64,000 nt of DNA from Octopus vulgaris. Its lineage: Eukaryota. The translations under genes were made by a program, and so were the position numbers. The notes under the pieces were generated by a model. That model was not told the DNA's origin. It saw only the letters and a program-made list of their open reading frames with translations, and did no database searches. Shown one piece after another: positions 1 through 12,796 of the stretch. How positions within the stretch are numbered: position 1 is the first letter of the stretch; every line of letters starts with the position of its first letter. The stretch is from assembly GCA_951406725.2 (NCBI GenBank), contig OX597842.1, forward strand, positions 8,494,001 to 8,558,000, read 5' to 3'.

Positions 1-37
<37 letters not shown>

Positions 38-311
38 GAAATATTAAAATTACTAAGTCTCTCTAAAGGAGATTACGGCAGCGTTACTGGAAATTAATAG
101 TTATCGCCATACTAATATCGTAGTCTATAAATATAAGACTAAAGCTGTTGCTGATTAGTTCCAAAAGGCCACCGCCTCAAGCTAGCTATTTGACACACAA
201 CCTGCATCCATTACAAACCTTCGAATGTGTGTATGTATATATATATATATACATACACACATACATAGAAACTGCTTTCTCATATACAAGCAAAGCCATT
301 GCGAGAAAGAA

Positions 312-600
312 TCACTGAAATGAGTCATTGACGATGTGATGTGAGGCCCTTGTATGGGTCTTGAGTCTGGTGAAAGATTTGCATATTCTACTGCACAATG
401 CACAGCTGTGCTGGCTGGCAGAAGGAACAGGTGCCACAGAATGAATTCTTTTAACAAGCCTTTTCAATCCTCTAATCGAAAGGTACATATTTCCACAAGT
501 TGCAGATGTTCCGTTGTGAACAATAGCCATAACACAATTTACCATGGGTTGATTCCTATGAGTTCTCCGAGGGATGACCAGGCCTGCCGGATTCAGGCAT
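312..600 (-). mobile_element. Degenerate 3' fragment of an RTE-like LINE (C-terminal C2H2 zinc-finger region)
   Basis: ORF 312..545 contains CALCSRICKSFTRLKTHTRASH and a second decayed finger, like the RTE C-terminus at 5750-5830. Confidence 0.5.
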
Positions 601-721
601 TTCCTTCACAAATCACACACATAAAAAAGCCACACTCCCTCATTTTCAAGCAGGCCAGTTCCTGCCAAACCATCCAACCCATATCAGCATAGAAGACGAA
701 TGTTAAATGATGTGATGATGA

Positions 722-790
<69 letters not shown>

Positions 791-803
791 GTATGTATGT
801 ATG

Positions 804-854
<51 letters not shown>

Positions 855-1029
855 ATAAATATTAGGGAATAAATCCAAATTTACAGGGAAAAAATCAGAA
901 TTAGGATTAAATCCTATTTTATAGTAAAATATTATATAATATTAATTAGAGACAAAACCACTATTTTGCAAAACAAACAAGGAAAGACTTAATCAATACA
1001 TAAAATTTTAATAAAAAGTAAAAAAACCG

Positions 1030-1074
1030 CAACTACAAATGTTTCATGTCTTCTAATGACAATCTTCAGGTGGA
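1030..1074 (-). ncRNA. Minimal type I hammerhead ribozyme (C3:G8, cleavage triplet GUA)
   Basis: Minus strand reads CCAC-CTGAAGA-T TGTC ATTAGAA GACA T-GAAA C ATTT GTA-GTTG. Core is intact, stem II is TGTC/GACA, stem I is imperfect. Lies inside a (TA)n-flanked element at about 853-1126. Confidence 0.6.
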
Positions 1075-1115
1075 TTTCCGATTTTCAAATCAGTTTCAAT
1101 TTATGAAGTCTCTAA

Positions 1116-1174
<59 letters not shown>

Positions 1175-1179
1175 TATAA

Positions 1180-1267
1180 CTTTTGTTAACGCGACATCAA
1201 AGTCTGCCGTTTAAAGCTCAATGCGCAACTAAAAAACAAACCCGAGCAACACCGAGCTATACTGCTA

Positions 1268-1270
<3 letters not shown>
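1180..1270 (+). mobile_element. Possible Helitron 3' terminus
   Basis: Imperfect GC-rich hairpin-like segment (cccgagcaacaccgag) about 10 nt before a CTAGT end. Confidence 0.3.
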
Positions 1271-1317
<47 letters not shown>

Positions 1318-1482
1318 TTTCTTCTAAATTATGTCATTATAAGAGAAAAAAATGTTTTTAATATTCTTCAAAAATTTTTTTTAATATTCTTCAGACATAT
1401 TGACGCAAATATATATTTTTTAACATTTAAGCCTTCTGTAGTTTTTTCACTTTTTACGATTTTCTATATATATATATATTTT

Positions 1483-1710
1483 AAAACCTCTATTAAATAA
1501 TTCAATAATGAAAGATGTTATTCACACCATATAGAAAACATATACTATAAAAAACCTTATTATAAAAATCAATAAAGTACAATAAATAGTAATGCGCGTA
1601 GTCTTTTTACTACTATTTACTTACTATTGTACTTTATTGATTTGTAGAATAAGGTTTTCTATATGGTGTGAATAACATCTTTCTTTATTGAATTGTTTAA
1701 TAGAGGTTTT
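1483..1710. repeat. Fold-back (palindromic) element
   Basis: aaaacctctattaaataattcaataatgaaagatgttattcacaccatatagaaaac recurs as its reverse complement at about 1654-1710. Confidence 0.8.
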
Positions 1711-1790
1711 TCTCTAAATTATATAAATACATATATTATATATTGTTAAATTGAATTTTTCCCTGTAAGTTTTGGAATTATATTCCCTAC

Positions 1791-1845
<55 letters not shown>

Positions 1846-2267
1846 CATAAAAATGTGTGTGTTTGTGTATATGTTCGTGTGTATGTGTCTTTGTGTTTGT
1901 ATTTTTCCTCATCACTGCTTGACAACCGGTGTTGATATATTTATGTCCCCGTAATTTAGTGGTTCGGCAAAGAAATACAATAAGCTTTAAAAAATACCAA
2001 TGGTGTCGATTTATTCTATTTACAACTTCTTTAAGGTGGTGGTGCCCCAGCATGGCTGTAGTCTAATGACTGGAATTAATAAAACAAAAGAAGATAACAT
2101 AGTCACACAGCAAATACCGTACAAGATCAATTTTTGAGTTAGTAAAATTATCTCCACCACTAGAGAACATATCATAATTACTGAATGGTAATATAGGGGG
2201 AGATAATCTCGATATGAAAAGGGGAGATTATCTCAAGAAACAAGAATTTTTCCAATATTGAAATACC

Positions 2268-2500
2268 TATTTCTTTACTACCCAGAAGGGGCTAAACACA
2301 GAAGGGACAAACAAGGACAGACAAACGGATTAAGTCGATTACATCGACCCCAGTGCGAAACTGGTACTTAATTTATCGACCCCGAAAGGATGAAAGGCAA
2401 AGTCGACCTCGGCGGAATTTGAACTCAGAACGTAATGACAGACGAAATACCGCTAAGCATTTCACCCGGCATGCTAACGATTCTGTCAGCTCGCCGCCTT
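2268..2500 (-). mobile_element. tRNA-derived SINE with Meta-like core (family B), 21-bp TSD
   Basis: Core gcctttcatcctttcggggtcgataaattaagtacc. TSD tttttccaatattgaaatacc at 2247-2267 and 2502-2522. Many further copies in the window. Confidence 0.85.
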
Positions 2501-3138
2501 TTTTTTCCAATATTGAAATACCATTAAGGAAAAAGATAGGCTATTATCTGGTATTAAGAGGACAGTCATGGATACATGTTTCTGCCTCAATAGACTTCAT
2601 TGATATGGCAATTGTCCAGTCTTGTCTCCTGTAGCCGAAAGGACTTAGACTTCTTTTTACGCTTTTCTCCTTCTTTTGTCTCTTATTGCTTTTTCATAAA
2701 CTTCTTATTTCATATCTTCAGAGCGAGTGGTTGAACTAACATGCAACTCAGTTCACTACTTCAATGGATGATATGTAGTTGATATTTTTGTATTCTCTTA
2801 TAAAATGTCACTTGTTCTTCAACATGATGAAATAAATTGTCTACCCCTTTCATATTACACGTTTCCTTGCTAATTATCATACTGTGCACTTCACAAATCA
2901 AATTATCGAGTGCATTTAGTAAACTCCGTCATTCTTAAAGCTAGAAGTGTTTTGTGTTAAGAAATGTGTTTTTCCACGGCTGTTGTGTTATTTAAGCAAA
3001 CAGATGTCAAGTGAATTACTGGCAGAATCGTTAGCATGCCGGGCGAAATGCTTAGCGGCATTTCGTCCGTCTTTACGTTCTGAGTTCAAATTCCGCCGAG
3101 GTCGACTTTGCCTTTCATCCTTTTGGGCTCGATAAATT

Positions 3139-3524
3139 GTGGAAGCACTCTGTCGGTTACGACGATGAGGGTTCCGGTTGATCCGAATCAACGGAACAGC
3201 CTGCTCGTGAAATTAACGTGTAAGTGGCTGAGCACTCCACAGACACATGCACCCTTAACGTAGTTCTCGGGGATATTCAGCGTGACACAGAGAGTGACAA
3301 AGCTGGCCCCTTGAAATACAGGTACAACAGAAACAGGAAGTAAGAGTGAGAAAAAGTTGTGGTGAAAGAGTACAGCAGGGATCACCACCATCCCCTACCG
3401 GAGCCTCGTGGAGCTTTAGGTGTTTTCGCTCAATAAACACTCACAACGCCCGGTCTGGGAATCGAAACCGCGATCCTATGACCGCGAGTCCGCTGCCCTA
3501 ACCACTGGGCCATTGCGCCTCCAC
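3139..3524 (-). mobile_element. tRNA-derived SINE (family C) inserted into a family B SINE
   Basis: Head ggcgcaatggcccagtggttagggcagcgg...ggtttcgattccc has A- and B-box-like motifs. 12-bp TSD gctcgataaatt at 3127-3138 and 3525-3536. Confidence 0.85.
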
Positions 3525-3729
3525 GCTCGATAAATTAAGTACCAGTGAAACACTGGTTTCGATGTAATCGAATAGCCCGCTCCTCACAAAATTTCAGGCG
3601 TTGTACCAATAGTAGAAAGGATTAATTACTTAACTGTAATCTCTTATCTCGTCTCTGTTTGTTTCTCTCTTTCCATGGTTCTTTCCTTGGGTTTATGAGA
3701 CTGATTTACCCTATTGCTTAGCACCCTTC

Positions 3730-4780
3730 AAACATTGGGCGATATGCTATGTTGAGAAGACCTATCAAGCCAAGTGGGATCGTAGACGTGTTTGAAACCA
3801 GTGCCGTTTGACTGGCACCCGTGGTGATGGCACGTGAAAGCACCGTTCGAACGTTGGGCCTCACGGAGACAGTGACCGGTGACCGAGATCTTTGGCGATA
3901 TACCTATTTCTTTACTACCCACAAGGGGCTAAACACAGAGAGGACAAACAAGGACAGACAAAAGGATTAAGTCGATTACATCGACCCCAGTGCGTAACTG
4001 GTACTTAATTTATCGACCCCGAAAGGATGAAAGGCAAAGTCGACCTCGGCGGAATTTGAACCCACAACGTAACGGCAGACGAAATACCGCTAAGCATTTC
4101 GCCCGGCGTGCTAACGTTTCTGCCAGCTCGCCGCCTTTTATACCAGTGCCGTCTGACTGGCACTCGTGGTGATGGCACGTGAAAGCACCGTTCGAGCGTT
4201 GGGCCTCACAGAGACAGTGACGGGTGACCAAGATCTTTGACGATATACCGGGCTTGTGAAGGCCTGTCAAGCCAAGTGAGGCCGCAGTCGTGGCTGATGC
4301 TGGTGTCACGTCAATGGCACCCGTGCTGGTGGCACGTATAAAGCACCCATTACAATCTTGGAGTAGTTGGCGTTTGGAAGGGCATCCAGCCGTGTAGAAA
4401 CCATGCCAAATCGGATTGGAACCTAGTGTAGCTCCCCCAGCTTACCAGTTTTCAGTCAAACCGTCCAACCCATACCAGCATGGAAAGCGGACGTTATATG
4501 ATGATGATGGTGAGGAGGAGGAGGAGGAGGAGGAGGAGACGGAAGAGGAGGAGGGGGAGGAAGAGGAGGGGGAGGAAGAGGAGGGGGAGGAAGAGGAGGG
4601 GGAGGAAGAGGAGGGGGAGGAGGGGAGGATATCATTTATTCCTCCAGCTTACCAGATCCAGACAAACCGTCCAACCCATGCCAGCATGGAAAGCGGACGT
4701 TAAATGATGATGATGGTGATGATGATGATGGTGGTGGTGGTAGTGATGGTGGTGATGATGGTGATGATGATGATGATGAT
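3730..4780 (+). mobile_element. RTE-related SINE/non-autonomous element (family D) with (GAT)n tail, interrupted by a family B SINE
   Basis: Contains gttggcgtttggaagggcatccagc and aaaccgtccaacccatgccagcatggaaagcggacgtt followed by (GAT)n. Related pieces at 660-720, 7340-7455 and 43300-43560. Confidence 0.65.
3905..4138 (-). mobile_element. Family B SINE
   Basis: Near-identical to 2268-2500 and flanked by a 108-bp direct duplication. Confidence 0.85.
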
Positions 4781-5451
4781 ATATGACATATACTACAAAA
4801 AAAGGCTGTCACCCAGGCAGCTTTCTGCTTGTCGCTAAATAATTTCCGGTTTGTGCACTCATTCTTTCATGCTGTGTCTAATTGTCCATTGTATCCTTTT
4901 ATTCACCAAACAGTACTCACTAGCTCAATAAATTTACGAAGAGACAAAGTCGAGAAGCGTGAAATATCCATGCCCTCCCCCACCCCATCCATTTTTTCTC
5001 ACTAAATTCCGATATAATCATAATCTACACCACCTGAAAATTATTCTTTTAGAAAATTTCATTAACAAATATCCATTTTTCTGGAAGTTATGAGAACAAA
5101 AAATCGTGGCGTGTGACTTATCCGAAATTCCTCTCTTAAACCCTTCAAAAGCAGTTTTTCACAACAAATTCCAAAATATTCCTTAATCTAAACCATCCAA
5201 AGAATATATATTCTTTTATTCTTTTACTTGTTTCAGTCATTGACTGCGGCCGTGCTGGAGCGACGCCTTGAAGGGTTTTTTAGTCGAATAAATTGACCCT
5301 AGGACTTATTTTTTTAAGCCTAGTACTTTTTCTATCGGTATCTTCTGCCGAACCGTTTAGTTACTGGGATGTAAACACACTAATACCGGTTGTCAAGCGG
5401 TGATAGGAAGACAAGCACAGACACAAAATCATGCTCATATATATTGTTGTA

Positions 5452-5672
5452 GGCGGCCAGCTGGCAGAAGCGTTAGCGCGCTGGGCGAAATGCTTTGCGG
5501 TATTTCGTCTGTCGTTACGTTCTGAGTTCAAATTCCGCCGAGGTCGACTTTGCCTTTCATCCTTTCGGGGTCGATAAATTAAGTACCAGTTACGCACTGG
5601 GGTTGATGTAATCAACTTAATCCCTTTGTCTGTCCCCTCTATGTTTAGCCCCTTGTGGGCAGTAAAGAAATA
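5452..5672 (+). mobile_element. Family B SINE
   Basis: Same consensus as 2268-2500, flanked by a tatattgttgt duplication. Confidence 0.8.
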
Positions 5673-5689
5673 TATATTGTTGTTGGCAT

Positions 5690-6545
5690 CCTTTTTGTCT
5701 CGGGAGACAATGGAGTACGCATAAAATAATCTAGTCCAGCTTTTCCATTTCATGTCCTGATACATTTCCTGCTGTGGCTGTGTAGGCCTATCCTGGACAA
5801 ACACTCCCTCTGGCAGGTACCGCAAATGTAGCGAAGACTGTTCCTGGCTGGGTGTAATGCCATAGTTTCTTGTTGACGTCTTTTCTTGTCTTTCCATTTC
5901 TCCTCTCTCTCTCTGTCACTCCTTTGTGTTCCCTCTTTTACGGTACGTCCCCAATCTCCACGGTTGCTGGCAACTGCTTCCCAACTGCTAATATTGATGT
6001 TGCAGGGCTTCATGTCCCTTTTGAAAACATCCTTGTAACGTAAGAACGGTCTTCCCACAGACTTAGTGCCCCTAGTAAGCTCTCCATAGAAGTATGTCTA
6101 TGGGGATTCTGCCATCTTCCATACGGCTAACATGTCCAAGCCATCTCATACGTCTTTGTGTGAGGAGTGCAAACATGCTTGGTATTCTTGCTTGCTTGAG
6201 GACATCTTTGTTGGGGACATGATTCTGCCATTTGATGCCAAGGATTTTCCGGAGGCAGCGCAGGTGAAAGATATTTAGGCGACGCTCTTGGCGTGTGTAT
6301 GGCGTCCAAGTCTCACTTCCATACAGTAGAGTGCTAAGTACACATGCCTGGTAAATCTTCATTTTTGTGGTCTTGGTCAGCTTATTATTGTTCCATGCCC
6401 GTTTGGAGAATTGGGCCATCACAGCAGCTGCCTTGCCAATGGGTATATTGAGCTCGGCATCAAGGGATAGGTTGTAGGTAACTGTAGAGCCAAGATAGGT
6501 AAACCTCTCCACTTCCTGTAGTCTGTGGTTTCCAATATGTATGTT
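5690..6545 (-). mobile_element. 5'-truncated RTE-clade LINE (RT thumb plus C-terminal zinc finger), frameshifted
   Basis: FTYLGS...LLYGSETWT...FHLRCLRKILGIKWQ...RWLGHVSRMEDGRIP and GRPFLRYKD...CGTCQRECLSRIGLHSHSRKC are in two frames, typical of RTE/BovB-like elements. Confidence 0.9.
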
Positions 6546-6546
6546 T

Positions 6547-7303
6547 CATCATCATCATCATTGTTTGACCGTGGTCAAGACAATGGAATTTACCATGCTA
6601 CGCCAGACTCATGGTCCATCATGGCATTACGGAGGTCCTGTTGCTGGATGCCTGTATCCCTGGAGATTACATCAGGGTAGGAGAGTGTGCGCCCTCTGGT
6701 ATTGCGAGTAGATGGCTTCCAGAGGAGAAGAGTAGAAATTACTTCTTTTTCAGCTCTACAACAATGTCCAGCAAACTGGACTCTCCTACCTTTCACAAGA
6801 GATGACACAGGTGGTAGTTTCCCATATATTTGCATTTTGGTTGGATGGCACTTCCACGAGAGATTTTGAGCTCTCATAAGGAGGCGAGTGTAGGTTCTAT
6901 CCAACCGCCTCTCAAGCTTCTTTGATAACGTCCAGGTTTCTGAGCCATATAGTAGAATTGGTTTGACTGTGGCTTTGAAGATTTCAAGTTTGAAGTCTCT
7001 ACTTAGATTTGATGACCAGATCTTATGCATGTCATTACAGGCTGACCAGGCCATACCTTTTCTAGTTAGAAAGTCTTTTCCAGATGATGATATGTATGAC
7101 CCAAGATATTTGTAATCAGAAACCATATTTAAAGGTGCACTGTTGAGAGTGTGGATGATGCAATCACTGTTGGACAGGCACTTGTTTATGTATTCAGTTT
7201 TGGCCTCATTGAGGTAAAGACCTACACAATTTGAGGCTTATTCAAGAGATTGTAAAAGAGACTGGGCATTGGAGTGAGAATCACTGATAAGAGCGATGTC
7301 CGA
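6547..7303 (-). mobile_element. Second 5'-truncated RTE-group LINE with (GAT)n tail
   Basis: DIALIS...GLYLNEAKTEY...YKYLGSYI...ILLYGSETWTL...RVQFAGHCCR. Truncated at the YADD motif, one internal stop, tail at 6547-6561. Confidence 0.9.
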
Positions 7304-7455
7304 TGTAGCCTGACCCATGATGTTGGCGTTCTTGAGGCTATCATCATCATCATCATCATCATTTAGCGTCCGTTTTCCATGCTAGCATGGGTTGGACGGT
7401 TCAACTGGGGTCTGGGGAGCCCGAAGGCTGCACCAGACCAGTCAGATCTGGCAGT

Positions 7456-7494
<39 letters not shown>

Positions 7495-7773
7495 AAAGTA
7501 AGATAGAGGTTATGAGAGTAACCCACTATGGGATATCAGTTATCCAATATACTGCTGGTGAAGCACCCAAATGCCAAATACAAATACATAAATGCTTATA
7601 ATTGCAACGTAATTAATTCATTTATTGTATCGGATAGGCGAAGGTAAAATATTTTACCGTATATTCATAATACAAATAAGAAAATGGAGGTATAAATTCA
7701 TTTCAATCATCAACTTACAGGTATTGGTAATATCTGTAAGTTGGTGATTGAAATGAACTTGTTCCTCCATTTT

Positions 7774-7813
<40 letters not shown>

Positions 7814-8019
7814 TATGACAGGCTTCTTTCAGTTTCCGTCTACCAAATCCACTCACAAGGCTTTGGTTGGCCCGAGGCTATAGCAGAAGACACTTGCCGA
7901 AGACGCCACGCAGTGGGACTGAACCTGGAACCATGTGGTTGGTAAACAAGCTACTTACCACACAGCCACTCCTGCATCTATATATTTAAATGATAATGTA
8001 TGTATGTATGTATGTACAT

Positions 8020-8325
8020 TGTGTGAAGGCGCGTAGTTTAGTGGTTGGGATATTCGTAAGGTCATGACTTCAATTCCTGTCGACGCGTTGTGTCCTTGAG
8101 CAAGACACTTTATTTCACGTTGCTCCAGTCCAGTCAGCTGGCAAAAATGAGTTGTACTTGTAATTCAAGAGGGGCCAACCATGTCATACTCTGTATCATG
8201 CTGAATCTCTCTGAGAACTACGTTAAGGGTACACACGTCTGTGGAGTACGTTAATTTCACGAGCAAGCTGTTCCGTTGATCGTATCAGCTGGGACCCTCG
8301 TCGTTGTAAACGACGGAGTGCTCCT
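8020..8325 (+). mobile_element. tRNA-derived SINE with CORE-like middle and a family C-type tail
   Basis: Has gtgtccttgagcaagacacttt core. Its 3' half matches the tail of 3139-3524. Confidence 0.65.
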
Positions 8326-8540
8326 ATGTATATATGTATGTATGTATTTATGTATGTATGTATGTATGTATGTATGTATACAGATACAGCAGAGTTGAAA
8401 AATGGAAGTAACCATGATATTCTGTTGATCTGAAGAACTAGCCTTCAATACCTGCATTGGTTTACAAAATGTACATTAGTACTATGCAGTTTATAGCATA
8501 CATACTAGTGCAGACATGTAAAATAATCTATTATATATGT

Positions 8541-8698
8541 GTAGGAGTGGCTGTGTGGTAGGTAGCTTGCTTACTAGCCTCAGTCCCACTGCGTAGCACC
8601 TTGAGCAAGTGTCTTCTACTATAGCCTTGGGCCGACCAAAGCCTTGTGAGTGGATTTGGTAGGCGGAAACTGAAAGAAGCCCGTCGTATTTATGTATG

Positions 8699-8732
<34 letters not shown>

Positions 8733-8938
8733 AGTATGAGTGTGTATGTGTTTGTGTGTCTGTGTTTGTCCCCTCCACCATCGTTTGACAACTGATGGTG
8801 GCGTGTTTACGTCCCTGTAACTTAGCAGTCCAGCTAAGGTTTCCAAAGAATAAGTCCTGGGGTCGACATGCTCGACTAAAGGCGGTGCTCCAGCATGGCC
8901 ACAGTCAAATGACTGAAACAAGTAAAAGAGTAAAGAGT
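8541..8938 (+). mobile_element. Dominant tRNA-derived SINE (family A, internal TA/TG microsatellite)
   Basis: ggagtggctgtgtggt...cagtcccactgcg...ggatttggtag...ggcggtgctccagcatggcc...gtaaaagag. More than 20 full or partial copies in the window. Confidence 0.85.
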
Positions 8939-9204
8939 ATGCACTAAAACAAAGCAGTTTTCCATGATGTTGGCTACGAAACAGCTGTAACCCTATGGAT
9001 ATCAACTGGGGAAATAAATATATTCGTCTCATACCTCCTGGCTTTCTTTCTATTCTATAAATATTTGTGTGAGCGTGGTGTACGTGTGCTTGTGTATCAA
9101 TGAGAGAGGCAGATATCGGGAATTGGTTGATGAGAAAGAGTGCTTTATATTGATCTTCGAAGTGGCAACGCCCTTCCCTGCAGCTGTTGCTGTTGCCAAT
9201 GTTG

Positions 9205-9210
9205 CTGGTG

Positions 9211-9242
<32 letters not shown>

Positions 9243-9288
9243 GGTGGTGGTGGTGGTGGTGGTGGTGGTGGTGGTGGTGTTGTTGTTG

Positions 9289-9320
<32 letters not shown>

Positions 9321-9433
9321 GGTGGTGGTGTAGTGGTGTGGTGGTGGTGGTGGTGGTGGTGGTGGTGGTGGTGGTGGTGTTGTTGTTGTTGGTGGTGGTG
9401 GTGTTGTTGTTGTTGTTGGTGGTGGTGTTGGTG

Positions 9434-9465
<32 letters not shown>

Positions 9466-9553
9466 GGTGGTGGTGGCGGCGGTAATGGAAGAGGCGTCGG
9501 TGGAGGTGCTAATTAATCGACGTCGATAATGACAATGATGATGATTATGATGA

Positions 9554-9609
<56 letters not shown>

Positions 9610-9615
9610 GTGATG
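9205..9615. repeat. (GGT/GTT/GAT)n trinucleotide microsatellites
   Basis: Direct reading. Confidence 0.95.
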
Positions 9616-9716
9616 ATGTGGCTTGTGTTGGGATTTCAAAGACTGATATCATTACACGTAAGAGTTTGGGACATACGTGTTTGTGTATACATATATATAT
9701 ATAGAGAGAGAGAAAT

Positions 9717-9800
9717 ATTTCGACTATCGCGGGTGTTACGTTCCAAAACACCCCGCGATAAGTGAAAATCCGCGAAGTAGAAACAGTATTGTACTGTATA
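9717..9800 (+). mobile_element. Tigger/pogo-like terminal fragment
   Basis: cgactatcgcgggtgttacgttccaaaacaccccgcgataagtgaaaatccgcgaagta resembles Tigger-type termini. No partner end seen. Confidence 0.4.
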
Positions 9801-9830
9801 TATTTATTATTATTTTTATAATTTACTTTC

Positions 9831-10031
9831 TTTTACTCTTTTACTTGTTTCAGTCATTTGACTGCGGCCATGCTGGAGCACCGCCTTTAGCCGAGCGAAT
9901 CGACCCCAGGACTTATTCTTTGTAAGCCTAGTACTTATTCTATCGGTCTCTTTTGTCGAACCGCTAAGTTACGGGGACATAAACACACCAGCATCGGTTG
10001 TCAAGCGATGTTGGGGGGTGGACAAATACAG

Positions 10032-10091
<60 letters not shown>

Positions 10092-10251
10092 ACGACGGGC
10101 TTCTTTCAGTTTCTGTCTACCAAATTCACTCACAAAGGCTTTGGTCGGCCCGAGGCTGTAGTAGAAGACACTTGCCCAAGGAACCACGCAGTGGGACTGA
10201 ACCCGGAACCATGTGGCTGGTAAGCGATCTACTTACCACACAGCCACTTCC
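9831..10251 (-). mobile_element. Family A SINE
   Basis: Full-length match to the family A consensus. Confidence 0.85.
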
Positions 10252-10266
10252 GTGCTTTTATATATA

Positions 10267-10313
<47 letters not shown>

Positions 10314-10402
10314 AATTGCACATGTGCGTCAATCAATCAATGTATGTGTGTGTGTGTGTGTGTGTATGTATATGTATGTGTATATATATATATATATATA
10401 TA

Positions 10403-10768
10403 TAGGCGTAGGGTTGGCTGTGTGGTAAGTAGCTTGGGTTCAGTCCCACTGCGTGGCACCTTGGACAAGTGTCTTATACTATAGCCTCGGGCCGACCTAA
10501 TACATAAATGTTAGTGGATTTGGTAGACGGAAACTGAAAGAGGCCCGTCGTATATATGTATATGTATGTGTGTGTGTGTGTTTGTCCCCCTCCCCTAACA
10601 TCGCTTGACAACCGATACTGGTGTGTTTATGTCCCCGTCACTTAGCGGTTAGGCAAAAGAGACTGATTGAATAAGCACTAGGCTTACAAAGAATAAGTCC
10701 TGGACTAATGGCGGTGCTCCAGCATGGCCACAGTCAAATGACTGAAACAAGTAAAAGAGTAAAGAGAG
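10403..10768 (+). mobile_element. Family A SINE
   Basis: Head-to-head with the copy at 9831-10251. Confidence 0.85.
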
Positions 10769-11611
10769 TATGTATATATATACATTTACACACACACATA
10801 GGTTTGTGTGTGTATGCACGTATATGTGTGTCTGTGCACGTGTTTATGTGTGTGAAATTAATTTAAGAATGCTTCATCTCGTCCAAAGTATTTTCACTTC
10901 ATCCATTTTGTAATTGTGACGTCACAATGCCTCGTAACGATTTTTCCCAGAGCTTTTCTTTCCAAAAATCTTCAGTCTCTTTCAACCTTTCACGGTGATT
11001 AGAGGCTAGGGAATGTGTGCGCCAGGGGGCGTACCCAAACATCTGAGGACTAGTGTGAAGTGACAGTCATCTTCACCTTGTTTTTGATGTTTGTGGGGGA
11101 TATTTTATGCACCTTTGGTTTCTTAAACACCCAATGTAACATGCTGGTTGGTAGCATAACATAGTTACAAGGTGTCCGGTAGTGTTCCTCTACCCGGATG
11201 AATTCTTAACCAGGCCATTTCAGGACAGAAAACCTGGGGGTTCCAACCAGAAATATCTTCCCTTCTTCACTCTCCACAGATTCACACAGGATATTTTATT
11301 TTAATAAACAATTGTGTGAGTGTAAAGAAAATACGACATTAAGAATAAAAATATGTGTGTGTGTGTATATATGTATGTATGCATGTATGTATGTATGTAT
11401 GTGTGTCTGTGTTTGCCCCTCCCCCCAACATAGCTTGACAACCGATGGTGGTGTGTTTATGTCCCCGTAACTTAGCGGTTCGGCAAAAGAGAACGATAGA
11501 ATAAGTACTAGGCTTACAAAGAATAAGTCCTGGGGTCAATTCGCTCGACTAAAGGCGGTGCTCCAGCATGGCCGCAGTCAAATGAGAGAAATAAAGCTTA
11601 CTCAACATATG

Positions 11612-12107
11612 CCGTAAATCCTCGAGTATAGTCCACCCTTGAGTATAATATGCAGGGGATTTTTAGGAGGCTGTACCTCTGAAAAACCTAAACCTTGTGT
11701 ATAATACGCACCCCTTCTCTAACTTGAGTCAAGGAGGTCTATACAACATTCTTGGATCATAAAAATGTATACGGTAACGTCCTTTATTATTATTGTATAT
11801 ATAACATAATGCAAACGTGTAGCTTTTTTGTGCATTTTGTTTGCAGAAAAATAAAGAAATAACAGTAATAACGTTTAATAAATGTTGCTTACTGCAAGTT
11901 ATGGATGATTCTTTTATGACTTCATTGCTTTCAGGCTTAGCTTAAGGTATTTTCACACCCGACATCACAAAATGCTGGACAGCAAATAGAGACTCGGACA
12001 TTGCTTAGAAAATAATTTTCATTTTTAACCTCGTATATAGTACGCACTAGGGATTTTGACCTTTAAACTTTGGGCGAAAAATGCGGATTATACTTGAGGG
12101 TTTACGG
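11612..12107. mobile_element. Tc2/pogo-like MITE
   Basis: TIRs ccgtaaatcctcgagtata ... tatacttgagggtttacgg, followed by TA. Confidence 0.75.
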
Positions 12108-12584
12108 TAATCATAGGTATGTCAAAAGAGTATGGCTATAAACTTGGGAAATATTTTAATAAAACATAAGTCTGTTGTTATTTAAATGTTTGATAATATT
12201 TTTTTTAGATATTTCTCTGCTAAAGTAAAATAGTTTCTTCATTTTTTTCATTTATAAACTCCACAAGCCGACATATGTCTGCAATTTATAAGTCTTTATG
12301 TACCTGGGACTGTGTGTATGGATGTATGTATACGTACGTAGTGTGTTTAAGTTTGTGCTTGTATATGTTGTGTGTGTGTATGTCGGTCTCCTTAAGTCTG
12401 TCTCTGTCTATATCCCTGTCTGTCTCTCTGTCTGTATGTCTCCTTCTGTATCTCAAACACACACGCAATGAATACGTATGTATGCATGTACGTATGTTTT
12501 TATCTTGATGTATAACCCATCTTTGTTTGGGCGCGCGCGCACACAAACACACACACACACACACACAGATTTGGTATGAATTTT

Positions 12585-12745
12585 CAGGAGTGGCTGTGTG
12601 GTAAGTAGCTTGCTAACCAACCACATGGTTCCGGGTTCAGTCCCACTGTGTGCCATCTTGGGCAAGTGCCTTCTGCTATAGCCCCGGGCTGACCAAAGCC
12701 TTGTGAGTGGATTTGGTAGACGGAAACTGAAAGAAGCCTGTCGTA

Positions 12746-12796
<51 letters not shown>

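Noticed and set aside
4416-4707. Poly-Glu/Arg ORFs
   Set aside because: A GAG-rich microsatellite between duplicated SINE tails.
7552-7590. ctggtga-agca cccaaa tgc-caaa hammerhead-like remnant
   Set aside because: Two core mismatches (A6, G12) and no stem I.
9998-10405. Recurrent ORFs such as QIHSQGFGRPEAIVEDTCPRCHAVGLNPEPCGW
   Set aside because: Chance reading frames in the non-coding family A SINE.
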